DNA of 64,000 nucleotides from Armatimonadetes bacterium UBA5352 (GTDB lineage Bacteria > Armatimonadota > Zipacnadia > Zipacnadales > UBA5352): contig DHPY01000042.1 of assembly GCA_002411015.1 (NCBI GenBank), positions 11,103 to 75,102 of the forward strand. Reading direction: 5' to 3'. Below the pieces are notes generated by a model that searched no databases, was not told where the DNA came from, and saw only the letters and a program-made list of their open reading frames with translations. Both the position numbers and the translations under genes were made by a program. Positions 55,477 to 64,000 of the stretch are shown here, piece by piece (the first letter of the stretch is position 1; every line of letters starts with the position of its first letter).

Positions 55477-56760
55477 CTACGGCTGCAGTGGCCTGGTTGT
55501 GTCCAGTACCGGCCAATCAGCCGGTGGCATCCCGAAATCGGGGATCGACAGCCGCTCACCGTCCCGCTTCGCAGACTCATGGGCCACGATACCCGGGGCA
55601 TTGTAGCGGGCAGCCTGCCACACATGGTTGGGCGGGAGCTTCTGCGCCACCACCGAGCGCACGAAATCGTTGACCAGGAACACGTGGGTGCCATCGTGGC
55701 CATTGGGCACTCCGGCAAACTCCAGAGGAAGCTGCCAGAAGGGCTGGGCAGGCGATAGCCCCAGGAACGTCTTCCCGAGGTACTCCCGCGGCAGATCGCC
55801 CAGATTCTCCTCCGTGACCTCAACGCCGTCGAAGACGCGAATGTCGCTGACATCCTCACGCCGCAGGGCTACCAGCCTCCGCGCTTCGCGGAAGGGGATC
55901 GAGTCTCCCTGGCCGTAGTCCTCAGGGAAATCAAGCCAGGTGAAGACGCCCTGCCCCGGCTGCTCCTCATAGGCAGCCCGGGTGCCCATGATGGTCATGC
56001 GGCCGTCGCCTGCGCCTACGCGACGGAACTCATTGATCCGCGCCATGCCGCCGTCTGAGGTCCGGAAGAGCGCAGACTGGTTGCTGAAGACGTTCCCCCA
56101 CTGGCTCGTCTCGGCCCGAAACACGCCATCGTCGTGGTGATCCACCTGGCCAAAGCACGACACCTCGGTCATGCGAGCGAAGGTGACGCCGAGGACAAAG
56201 GCCGTCGAGTGCGTCGGGTAGAGCATGGGCGGGAAGCTCGCGGTTGATTTCCAGGCATCGCCACCGCTGTGCATGTACGAGGCATAGAAGTGGGCCATGT
56301 CATGATGGTACTGGCCCTCGCCGTAGACGAAATCGCCAAACTCGCCACGCGCGAACTTGTCGCGGCAGAAGGTTGTCTGCGCCCGGTAGTAGCTGGTCTC
56401 TCCGAGCATGTAGATCAAGCCGGTGGACTTAACGGCCTCCACCAGTTCGCCCAGTTCCTCGAGCGTTACGGCAGCGGGGACAGCGCTGTAGACATGCTTG
56501 CCTGCCTTCAGCGCCTGTACTGCCTGAGGCGCGTGCAGCCAGCGCTGGGTGAACAAGGCCACACAGTCGCAGTCGCTGCGGCACAGGGCCTCCAGGGAGT
56601 CGAAGGTCTTCGTCACGCCAAGACGGGCCGCTTCACGCGCCAGGCGGTCGGGCAGCACATCCGCCAGATAGACTTCTGCTACGTCGGGGTGACGCTGGAA
56701 TACCGGCACGAAGCGTCTGCCAAACTGCCCGGCCCCACATAATCCGACCTTGATCTTCAT
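55477..56760 (-). CDS. Gfo/Idh/MocA-family oxidoreductase
   Basis: MKIKVGLCGAGQFGRR Rossmann start and HVYSAVPAAVTLEE block. GGGAG 9 nt upstream. Confidence 0.85.
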   Translation of the reverse strand: MKIKVGLCGAGQFGRRFVPVFQRHPDVAEVYLADVLPDRLAREAARLGVTKTFDSLEALCRSDCDCVALFTQRWLHAPQAVQALKAGKHVYSAVPAAVTLEELGELVEAVKSTGLIYMLGETSYYRAQTTFCRDKFARGEFGDFVYGEGQYHHDMAHFYASYMHSGGDAWKSTASFPPMLYPTHSTAFVLGVTFARMTEVSCFGQVDHHDDGVFRAETSQWGNVFSNQSALFRTSDGGMARINEFRRVGAGDGRMTIMGTRAAYEEQPGQGVFTWLDFPEDYGQGDSIPFREARRLVALRREDVSDIRVFDGVEVTEENLGDLPREYLGKTFLGLSPAQPFWQLPLEFAGVPNGHDGTHVFLVNDFVRSVVAQKLPPNHVWQAARYNAPGIVAHESAKRDGERLSIPDFGMPPADWPVLDTTRPLQP

Positions 56761-56955
56761 TCGTGTTGCTCCCTGTTCGTGCGACGGTCACTCTCAACTC
56801 TGAACGTCTTTCCAGCCAGAACGAGGGGTTCGCGGCCTACCTTCACAGTCCTCCGTTCCCTGTTAAGCTGACTGATTTCCTTCTCGGTTGCACACGCGCA
56901 GGCCCTGGGCAAGAGGTCCAGACGATGGTTGTTTCCCACGCTCTCGCTTCTGCCC

Positions 56956-59835
56956 TCACCGCTCATCGTCGGAGATCAGCCACACGTCCCCGAGGGAGTC
57001 CGTGCCGCCGCGTGGCGTCACGCTCGCCACGATCTCGTACGTCGCGCCCTCCCGCAGCCCATCGAGTCTGAGGTGGTAGACATTCCCGCGATCGCTTGCG
57101 CCCGTGTTGCCCGAGTGCTCGTCCGAGGCGATAGCCTCACCGTCCGCCAGCAACGCGGTTCGGCTGATCGTCAGCGCATGGGCTCCATCGGTGTAGTCCC
57201 ACTCGATGCTGAACGCTCCCGGACGGGTGAGCAGCGCGGTCACGTCGTATCGCAGCTCCGCGCCCTCTTCGGACATCTGCTGCGGCGTCCAGGTGCCGAT
57301 CCGGACGATCCTGCCGCGCAGGAAGCCGAACTGCCGCCCGTCGGGCAGCTCATCGCGAGTGCCCGCACGCAGTTCACCAGCAAGCGCCTGCAGCTCATCC
57401 GCGAGGGCCACGACCTCCGCATGCAGTGCGAGCGTGCGCTCCGCGTCCTCCATCGCGGCGCCCAACTGCCCCGCGGCCCGGCGCAGGCCCACGTGGATCT
57501 CGAGCAGCGGCTCCGCAAGCTCGCGCATCGCCGAGGCCGCACTCGCCACGTGCTCGGCCGCGGCCGCTCGGTCTGTCGGGAACGCCACTCGGGCGGCGGC
57601 GTAGTCCTCTGACGCCCGACTGAGCGCCATGAGCTTGTGCGCGGCCTCGCGGTACATCGTGAACGCGAGCGTCGCGTATTCGAGGAGGTCAGCGTTACGC
57701 GTCGCATCAGCCTCAAGGGCGTCCACGCGCGCGATGGCCGCGTCGCTGGCCTCGAGAATGGCGCCCGCAGCCTCCATCGGCCGCGGGTTCTTCGCGGCGT
57801 AGTCGCGCAAAACGGTGCGCGGGTTGGCCCACCACACCTCGGTGATGAGCCGGGAGTCGTAGCAGATCGCCGCCGCGCCCTCGCGCGGCCACGGCTCGAT
57901 CAGCGCCTCATCAAGCCGCTCGCCCGCGTCCTCGGAGGTCAGGCCGAGCCAGTGCTGTGCGTAGCGGCGCTCGTAGTCGGCGACGGGGGCGCGGCCGAGT
58001 GACCACGCGCACTCGGCCGCATAGACCATCCCGGGGAGGCTGTTGGCCACAACGCCTCCGTGCCGCCACTCCCAGGTGGTGGTCATACAGCCGCCGCAGC
58101 CCTCCTCGGCGCCCGCCTGGAGGAAGCCGCGGATGCCTCGCCAGGTCGTGCCGTAGTCCGGCCAGATGACGGAGAAGCAGACCACCGCCGGCGATGGCCA
58201 GACATCCGCGAAGCCGGCGTCCTGGTACTGCTTGATGGTCGGGTAGGTGGACGGGCCGTGGTAGATCCACTCGGTCGGGATGCAGTCCTTCTCCAGCATC
58301 TCCTCGGCGCCAAGCGTCCACTTCAGGTGCGACGGCCAGAACAGCATCGTGCGCCCGTGCTTGCGGCAGAGCTCATTGAGCCGGTTCATGTGCTCGGCGT
58401 AGAGTGCGTCACGATCCCTCGCCGAGCATCGCTCGCACCTGGCGAAGCCCGTCTCGAACTCATCGCCTCCAACGTGGATGTACTGCGAGTTCGGGAACTG
58501 CTCCGCAAGCTCGCCGTAGATCGTATCGAGGAACTCCCACGTCTCCAGGTTCGAGGTGCAGTAGACCCACGACTGCCCGGCCTCACGCAGGTTCGCCAGC
58601 TCCTCATGTCCGAGGATCGCGGAGGCATGGCCGAGCGACTCGAACTGCGGCACAACCTGCATGTGGTAACGCTGCGCGTACTCAGAGAGCTCGCGCGCCT
58701 TCTCCGGCGTGAAGGTGCCCTCGCGGCCGAGGAAGGGGAAGGCTTCGAACGCGTAGTCGTCTTCGCCGTAGATGACGAGCATGTTGAGCTTGCAGCGCGC
58801 CAGCTCGCGGATCAGGCGCTTCCACCACTCCACCGCCACGGTCTGCCCGCGCGCCACGTCATACTGCAGCCCGCGCACGGGGTAGGCGGGCCGGTCGCCA
58901 ACCTCCACGTGCGGCAGACGCCCATCCGGACCGGCAAGCTGCGCGATCGTCTGGGCGCCGTAGAACAGGCCGGCGGCGTTCGAGGCCGCCACGCGCGCCG
59001 TCTCCCCCACCGAGGCATGGTAAGCGCCCTCGGGCTCCGCGGCGAAGGTCTGGACGCGCTCGAGCAGGATGTCGCCCGCGCGCGCCTCGCCCCGCGTGAT
59101 CGTCAGCCGCAGCCCGGCGCGCTCGGCGATCTGCTCCGCAAGGTCGTCTGCCGCGAAGCGATCGCGCTCATCGCATAGCGGCCCGAGGACGATCCGGCTG
59201 CGCGCGCCGAGGCGCATCGCGCCGGCGCTGAACTCCATCTCCCGAGGCATGGGGATGACCGCGAGCTGCCGCTCGCGGATCGCCTCCATCGCACCGACCG
59301 CGCGCAGCAACTCCGGCGTGCCCTCGGCCACGAGCGCGGTGATTTCGCGCCGGCCGGGGTTGTGCCGGTAGAGCGTCCAGCCGTCGCCGTCAACGATGGC
59401 CGTCAGATACACATCGAGGTAGCCGCGCTGCAGATCGGCCTCGGTGAGGGCGCCCGTGATATCAATCGGCAGGCGGTTGTCGGCGTTCCAGTCATCGCCG
59501 ACCGCGACGAGCGGCCCCTCGTAGACGACCTCGCCGTCCTCACCATCCCGGCGCACGATGAGCCGGTAGGAGCTCCCGCCGCCGGTGAAAGCGACCACGT
59601 TCGCGAGGTTGAGGCCGTAGGCGAGCGGCATATCCGCCGGCACCGGGAAGCGCAGGCGCACGAACGCCCCCGACGCGAGCTCCCCGAGGTGGCCGTCGCC
59701 GGTGGGCGTCGGCTCGATGGCCGGGCGCGGCTGCGCGAGACTCAGGTAGTCCAACGGCTCCGGTTGGCCGCAGCCGCACGAGCACACTGCAAGCAGGCAG
59801 ATGAGTGAGGCGAACGTCGCTCGTGCATCACGCAT
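56956..59835 (-). CDS. GH20-family beta-N-acetylhexosaminidase, lipoprotein
   Basis: Start trimmed to MRDARATFASLICLLAVCSCG (lipobox-like LAVC) at 59835 with GAGGA upstream. Catalytic H-x-GGDE motif (YIHVGGDEF) and GH20 barrel blocks (VVPQFESLGHASAIL). Confidence 0.8.
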   Translation of the reverse strand: MRDARATFASLICLLAVCSCGCGQPEPLDYLSLAQPRPAIEPTPTGDGHLGELASGAFVRLRFPVPADMPLAYGLNLANVVAFTGGGSSYRLIVRRDGEDGEVVYEGPLVAVGDDWNADNRLPIDITGALTEADLQRGYLDVYLTAIVDGDGWTLYRHNPGRREITALVAEGTPELLRAVGAMEAIRERQLAVIPMPREMEFSAGAMRLGARSRIVLGPLCDERDRFAADDLAEQIAERAGLRLTITRGEARAGDILLERVQTFAAEPEGAYHASVGETARVAASNAAGLFYGAQTIAQLAGPDGRLPHVEVGDRPAYPVRGLQYDVARGQTVAVEWWKRLIRELARCKLNMLVIYGEDDYAFEAFPFLGREGTFTPEKARELSEYAQRYHMQVVPQFESLGHASAILGHEELANLREAGQSWVYCTSNLETWEFLDTIYGELAEQFPNSQYIHVGGDEFETGFARCERCSARDRDALYAEHMNRLNELCRKHGRTMLFWPSHLKWTLGAEEMLEKDCIPTEWIYHGPSTYPTIKQYQDAGFADVWPSPAVVCFSVIWPDYGTTWRGIRGFLQAGAEEGCGGCMTTTWEWRHGGVVANSLPGMVYAAECAWSLGRAPVADYERRYAQHWLGLTSEDAGERLDEALIEPWPREGAAAICYDSRLITEVWWANPRTVLRDYAAKNPRPMEAAGAILEASDAAIARVDALEADATRNADLLEYATLAFTMYREAAHKLMALSRASEDYAAARVAFPTDRAAAAEHVASAASAMRELAEPLLEIHVGLRRAAGQLGAAMEDAERTLALHAEVVALADELQALAGELRAGTRDELPDGRQFGFLRGRIVRIGTWTPQQMSEEGAELRYDVTALLTRPGAFSIEWDYTDGAHALTISRTALLADGEAIASDEHSGNTGASDRGNVYHLRLDGLREGATYEIVASVTPRGGTDSLGDVWLISDDER

Positions 59836-60431
59836 GGCAGGTATCCTCTGTGGCGACAGATCCGTTTCCGCGCGGGTGCTCTTGCGCGGCGGCAGGCCTG
59901 ATTCCTCCAGAGCGGTCCGCCACACGCGGCATGGCGGACCTGCCGCGGGAATCGGCAATAGACGGTGATAGACAGATCGGTATTCGCAAGCAAAGCGCGC
60001 ATTACGCCACGTAGAGTTCATCGCCTCCCGGCAGACCACCCGTCGTTCTCGGTGAGGCGCCCGGCGGCGGGATGCGCGCGTTTGCAGGGGCAGGCCCAGA
60101 CTGATACAATTCGGAGGAGGCTGTCAGTTCGGCAATCCTCCCACGTGGTTAGCCCCGAGCTGAGCCAATCCGCTGCGCCGGACCACCGCCACAAGAGAGA
60201 GACCTTGCCATGCCCACCGAGGCGGCTTGTCATGGCCAGACCTCGGTCAGCACCTGATATGAGGAGTAGTTGGGTGGTCGAGGCGCCGAAACATAGACCT
60301 CCTGACGTAGGGAAATCATTACGCAACACTTACGGGTTATCCGTTTGGAGTTGGTGTAGTATTGGGCCCGACCGGGCCTCGCGCAGGTCGCTTACCACCC
60401 GCGGCAAAGCAGACGTGGCAAAGCGGCATCA

Positions 60432-60770
60432 TTGGCGAGAACTTACCTGGTCAAAGATGATGATCTGGTAGCGGGCCTCATGGCGACAGCTTTGCGCCGT
60501 ATGAGGCATGGACTGCTGACAGCACGCAACGGCGACGAAGTTGACTATCTGTCGCAGGTCTCAGAGGGCGGGTTGGTCATCTCGAACATTGTGATGCCCG
60601 GAATGTCAGGGCCTGAGTGGGTCCAGACAGCGGGGGATATGCTGACTGATGTGCCGGTGGCTTACACAGTTGGCTACTCCGATATCGCGCAGGCGTCACA
60701 TGGATGGCTCAGAAGCGCTGAGACTCCGATGAAGCCGTTCCGTGTGGGTGAATCCGCTCGAGTTGGTTGA
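60432..60770 (+). CDS. single-domain pseudo-receiver (response-regulator receiver fold with Asn in place of the phospho-acceptor Asp)
   Basis: YLVKDDD acidic pocket, GLVISNIVMPGMSG (consensus DLVLLDIMMPGMDG, so D to N), KPF lysine present. Its stop overlaps the ORF of the following OmpR-type regulator. Confidence 0.5.
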   Translation: MARTYLVKDDDLVAGLMATALRRMRHGLLTARNGDEVDYLSQVSEGGLVISNIVMPGMSGPEWVQTAGDMLTDVPVAYTVGYSDIAQASHGWLRSAETPMKPFRVGESARVG

Positions 60771-60793
60771 TCATCGCATTGGGAGGTCAAACT

Positions 60794-61516
60794 ATGGCGC
60801 GTGTGTTAGTAGCAGAAGATGAAGATATCATGCGGTCCATTCTCTGCCGGGGACTGGCGCACGACGGCCACCAGGTCCTCGAAGCCTCCAACGGTCGTGA
60901 ATGCCTCACCGCTACTCAGCTCCATCGCCCCGACCTGCTCGTCCTGGACATCGAGATGCCTGGTCCCGATGGCCTGGAAGTCCGTGGCAACTTGCGCGAT
61001 GATACTGTCTTTCGGGCCCTGCCGATCGTGTTCATCACCGCACGTCAATCTTCACCGGATGTCATAAGTGGGTTGGAACAAGATGGCGATGACTATCTGA
61101 CCAAACCATTCGACATCCGCGTGCTGTGCGCTCGCGTCAGGGCGCTTCTGAGGCGTTCTGAAGACCCGGTCACAGATAGCCATGATGACGCTGAAGACAA
61201 GGCGGTCCTCTGGAGAGGGCCGTTCAAGATTGATCAGCGTCGGCGTCTGGTCTATGTCGAGGACCGGCAGGTTGATCTCACGCCGACAGAACTGTCCCTG
61301 TTCCGGTTCCTGCTTCTGAACGAAGGCGAGGTCTTCTCCTCGGAGGAGCTGCTACAGTCGGTATGGGAGTATCCGTACGGTATCGGCGAAAAGGCCACAG
61401 TGCGTGTTTGCATAAAGAACCTGCGCGACAAGATTGAGCCAGGTGGCGGCCCGCCCCGTTGGATTGTCACCCGTCCCCGGCACGGCTACACCATTCAGAT
61501 CGGCGAAGCCGGCTAA
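60794..61516 (+). CDS. OmpR/PhoB-family response regulator (receiver plus winged-helix DNA-binding domain)
   Basis: MARVLVAEDEDIMR..LLVLDIEMPGPDG..YLTKPF receiver. C-terminal winged helix (LTPTELSLFRFLL..VVTRPRHGYTI). GGGAGG 7 nt before the ATG at 60794. Confidence 0.85.
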   Translation: MARVLVAEDEDIMRSILCRGLAHDGHQVLEASNGRECLTATQLHRPDLLVLDIEMPGPDGLEVRGNLRDDTVFRALPIVFITARQSSPDVISGLEQDGDDYLTKPFDIRVLCARVRALLRRSEDPVTDSHDDAEDKAVLWRGPFKIDQRRRLVYVEDRQVDLTPTELSLFRFLLLNEGEVFSSEELLQSVWEYPYGIGEKATVRVCIKNLRDKIEPGGGPPRWIVTRPRHGYTIQIGEAG

Positions 61517-61539
61517 CTGTGACGGGTGTACCAGAGAAA

Positions 61540-61996
61540 GCGTGGCCACTAAGAGTGTAGCCTCCGACACGCCAGTCAGGTGAGAGCGAGTCCTGCGCAG
61601 CGATGCCCCGGCCATGTCCGTAAGGAGCAGTCAGCAGTGGCAGACCTGCTGCCTGATCGCCAACGGCCACGCAAACCCCTCGTTCGCGTAAGCGACGCGC
61701 CATTCGTCGCGCAAGCCCAGAGTACCTGTGTGTTGTTCGGCGGGACACTCCGCCAATTCCTCGGCGCCCATACAGACCACCGCGCGCAGTGTGTTGATCC
61801 ACCAGGCGTCTGGCGTTGCATAGCGCAACCTGCCTGTCGAGCCGCTCGCGCACAGGGAATGCTCTGGGTCGCTGCAGCAAAGGTGCGCGGAAGCGACGGG
61901 CGACGATGACGTGGCTATCCCCGGACACTCCAGCGATCTGACGTCGCCAACAGATGCCTGCTCCGCATCCGCAGGACACCCTTTTGCACAGCACAA
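61540..61996 (-). pseudogene. frameshifted partial duplicate of the 5' region of the outer-membrane-like gene 62087..>64000
   Basis: About 190-bp direct repeat (61548..61740 versus 63743..63940, roughly 90% identity). Encoded peptides ..AEQHTGTLGLRDEWRVAYANEGFA and VGDQAAGLPLLTAPYGHGRGIAAQDSLSPDWRVGGYTLSGHAFS match the main gene but lie in two different frames. Confidence 0.45.
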
Positions 61997-62086
61997 CTAC
62001 TCTATGGACACTGGGCTAAGAACTCGGCCAGCCTTCTCCGCCGGCGCACGGCTTTGATGTGCCCGCACGTGGGAGCCCCCTCTCCA

Positions 62087-64000
62087 TCAGCCTCCGCCAA
62101 CCGCTCCTTCATCAATCATGCGAATGCGCCTGACCCGCGGAAGCACCGGAATTGCCAATTCCTCGCTCTGTCCCGCACGAAGGTCCACGGTCCATTCCGC
62201 CCGACCGAACTCGTAGTATGCCGGCAGCTCCCGATGGTCTACTCGCAGTTGCCAGCTTCCCGGTCGAACGCACTCAAACTCAAATGCCCCATTGCTGTCA
62301 GTGTATCGGCGCAACACTTCATCCTCGTTGCGGATCTCCACCGTCAGATTCGACAGCTTCGGCATGCTTCCGTCTCCGGGAGAGCCGACGATGACTCCGC
62401 TGTCAGGCGCATCCGGTTTACTCACCTGCAGTCGCCCACGAAGAGACGCCCTCTTCGTCAGTCCGATGTCCAGCGGTTCTGTGCCATCGGGGCTGATCTC
62501 GATCTCGATTGGCATTGGCTTCATGCTGATGCTCCCGGCGGGAATGCTCGAGCGCTCGACACTCAAGTGCCCCCTGCCGGGTAACAGGTTCCGGAATCTG
62601 AAGCACCCCGTGGCATCGGTCACGGCTGCCATACCATCGAGACGCACCACCACCCCGGCAATACCCTCACGGCCGTCCGAGAGGGCATCATAGACCCTGC
62701 CACAGAGGCCTGCGGCCTGGTCGCTGCCGAGCGTCAGATCGAACGGAAGCGTAACTCCCACCGCCCACGCTGTGTTCTTCTCGCCGGCGGCATGTTGATT
62801 CGTGCGTACCTCAGCAAATGCATCGATGCCGTCGCGCCCGGCGTACTTTACGCGCCCACTCATCTGATCCGAACTCCATGATGAAGCGAAGCCGCCATAG
62901 CGTTGATAGCTGAAGTCTGCGCAGATCTCGTCAGAGAAGCGCCACGCAAGCGATGCGCCTGTATTACTGCCGCCCGAGAGAAGGCGAGCGCCACGATCTC
63001 GGTCATCGCCGCTGAGCGTGGTGAACAGGCTCAGGCTATGGTTTGAGTCACGGCGCCACATGCCGAAGAGGCGCAGCTGCTCCGACGATGATGTCAAGCC
63101 GGTGAGCCTGTCGCTTCGCTCAGCGGCGCGGAATTCCGCGCGAATACTTCCATTGGGGAATGCGCGGTCGAGGGTCAGACGAACGGCGCGATCCTCGTAG
63201 GAGAAATCGACCGGCTGCGCAGTGTCCCTGCGGCGATAATCCTCCAGCATCAAGCCCGCGTGCCAGCGCGAGGAGAGGCCATGGCCCACGCTGATCTGTC
63301 GCAGCCGCTCAGATGGTGCGATTGCACCCTCGGCAGTGACCCGCGGATCCCCTTCCCACCGACGATATCCGGCCCGAACGGTCGTCCGGTCCCCAAGTCG
63401 ACGGGAGAGCGAGAACGACGATGAATCGATGCCCGAGTAATACCCCATGTAGTTAGAAGAGGCGTGGATGGTACTGGCCGCGAGATAGCTGTCGCGTGCA
63501 ATCTCCCCCCTTGCCTGCAGCCGCCAGGCGGCGCCAGATCCGTCTCCGGTGGACGCGCCGACTTCTCCCTCAAGCTCCCACGACGCCCCCGCCCGATGGT
63601 GAGCCTCCAGCGAGCTAACCGCGCGATCTCCGCCATGCACGGAGTCCCGCAGCAGATGATTGATGCGCAGATCGGTCCGCTCCGAAACGCTGTGTGCCAC
63701 CCATGCGCCAGTCTGTTCGTCGTCGTCGGAGAAAGCGCGTCCACTTAGAGTGTAGCCTCCGACACGCCAGTCAGGTGAGAGCGCCCCCTGTGCAGCGATG
63801 CCCCGGCCATATCTGTGAGGATCAGTCAGCAGTGACAGACCTGCTGTCTGATCGCCAACGGTCAACGCAAACCCCTCGCTCGCGTAAGCGACGCGCCATT
63901 CGTCGCGCAGGCCGAAAGTACCTGTGTGCTGTTGATCAGGGCCTCGGGCAAGGAGTTCAAGACTCGACCTGCCTCTCGGGGAGAGGTCACCCTTGCCCTG
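62087..64000 (-). CDS. outer-membrane beta-barrel-like protein with C-terminal carboxypeptidase-regulatory-like domains; the N-terminus lies beyond the right edge of the window
   Basis: The frame stays open to position 64000 upstream of the TTG shown in the track. The N-region has an alternating amphipathic beta-strand pattern with aromatic-rich ends. The C-terminus carries CarboxypepD_reg-like beta-sandwiches (GRVYDALSDGREGIAGVVVRLDG..). Confidence 0.6.
   Translation of the reverse strand, partial: QGKGDLSPRGRSSLELLARGPDQQHTGTFGLRDEWRVAYASEGFALTVGDQTAGLSLLTDPHRYGRGIAAQGALSPDWRVGGYTLSGRAFSDDDEQTGAWVAHSVSERTDLRINHLLRDSVHGGDRAVSSLEAHHRAGASWELEGEVGASTGDGSGAAWRLQARGEIARDSYLAASTIHASSNYMGYYSGIDSSSFSLSRRLGDRTTVRAGYRRWEGDPRVTAEGAIAPSERLRQISVGHGLSSRWHAGLMLEDYRRRDTAQPVDFSYEDRAVRLTLDRAFPNGSIRAEFRAAERSDRLTGLTSSSEQLRLFGMWRRDSNHSLSLFTTLSGDDRDRGARLLSGGSNTGASLAWRFSDEICADFSYQRYGGFASSWSSDQMSGRVKYAGRDGIDAFAEVRTNQHAAGEKNTAWAVGVTLPFDLTLGSDQAAGLCGRVYDALSDGREGIAGVVVRLDGMAAVTDATGCFRFRNLLPGRGHLSVERSSIPAGSISMKPMPIEIEISPDGTEPLDIGLTKRASLRGRLQVSKPDAPDSGVIVGSPGDGSMPKLSNLTVEIRNEDEVLRRYTDSNGAFEFECVRPGSWQLRVDHRELPAYYEFGRAEWTVDLRAGQSEELAIPVLPRVRRIRMIDEGAVGGG

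Noticed and set aside
61548-63940. Considered whether the 190-bp near-identical repeat pair is a template/variable repeat of a diversity-generating retroelement.
   Set aside because: The mismatches between copies are of all types (T/C, G/A, C/G and so on), not restricted to adenines of one copy. No reverse transcriptase gene is nearby. The copy is simply a frameshifted gene fragment.
1-64000. Looked for CRISPR arrays, IS/transposase genes, integrases, phage modules and tRNA/rRNA genes.
   Set aside because: No regularly spaced short repeats. No transposase, integrase or recombinase-like translation in any frame. No tRNA cloverleaf or T-loop (GTTCGAAT-type) motifs found, including in the 600-bp gap at 59836..60431.

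Overview
The window is about 69% GC bacterial chromosome with dense coding on both strands. It carries no rRNA, no tRNA that I could recognise, and no CRISPR, IS or phage signatures. The content is a carbohydrate-active accessory locus of the kind seen in PVC-superphylum or Armatimonadota-like genomes.

- **Polysaccharide-degradation genes:** four large secreted heparinase II/III-like lyase-like proteins (222..4307, 17592..21419, 24586..27273, 43960..47490), carrying F5/8 type C or CBM-like modules. Two neighbouring paralogous CBM + TIM-barrel glycoside-hydrolase-like genes (36020..40841). A GH20 beta-hexosaminidase lipoprotein, a GH109-like Gfo/Idh/MocA enzyme, a BNR sialidase-like protein, a DUF1343 (NamZ-like) protein, an MFS transporter and a LacI-type regulator.
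- **Prepilin-type genes:** five prepilin-type N-terminal methylation / H-X9-DG genes, three of them in an array with conserved GC hairpins.
- **Redox genes:** an MDR quinone oxidoreductase, SDR and Gfo/Idh/MocA operon. Embedded in the locus is a complete hydB-hydG-hydD-hydA group 3b-type [NiFe] sulfhydrogenase operon, flanked by rubrerythrin-like and hemerythrin-like genes.
- **Other genes:** a DEAD-box helicase; an orphan OmpR-type response regulator preceded by a pseudo-receiver; at the right edge, a partial outer-membrane-like gene with a frameshifted partial duplicate of its 5' region.

The most unusual observations:

- An in-frame TAG splits a roughly 1280-codon CBM9-LamG-hydrolase gene in the middle of a LamG fold.
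- A duplicated lyase plus beta-propeller gene pair shares a roughly 90-aa module between enzyme and propeller.
- Prepilin-like genes lie directly downstream of lyase genes.
- The hydrogenase operon sits inside a CAZyme locus.

All calls rest on reading the translations by eye. No database search was possible. Family names are therefore motif-level inferences.
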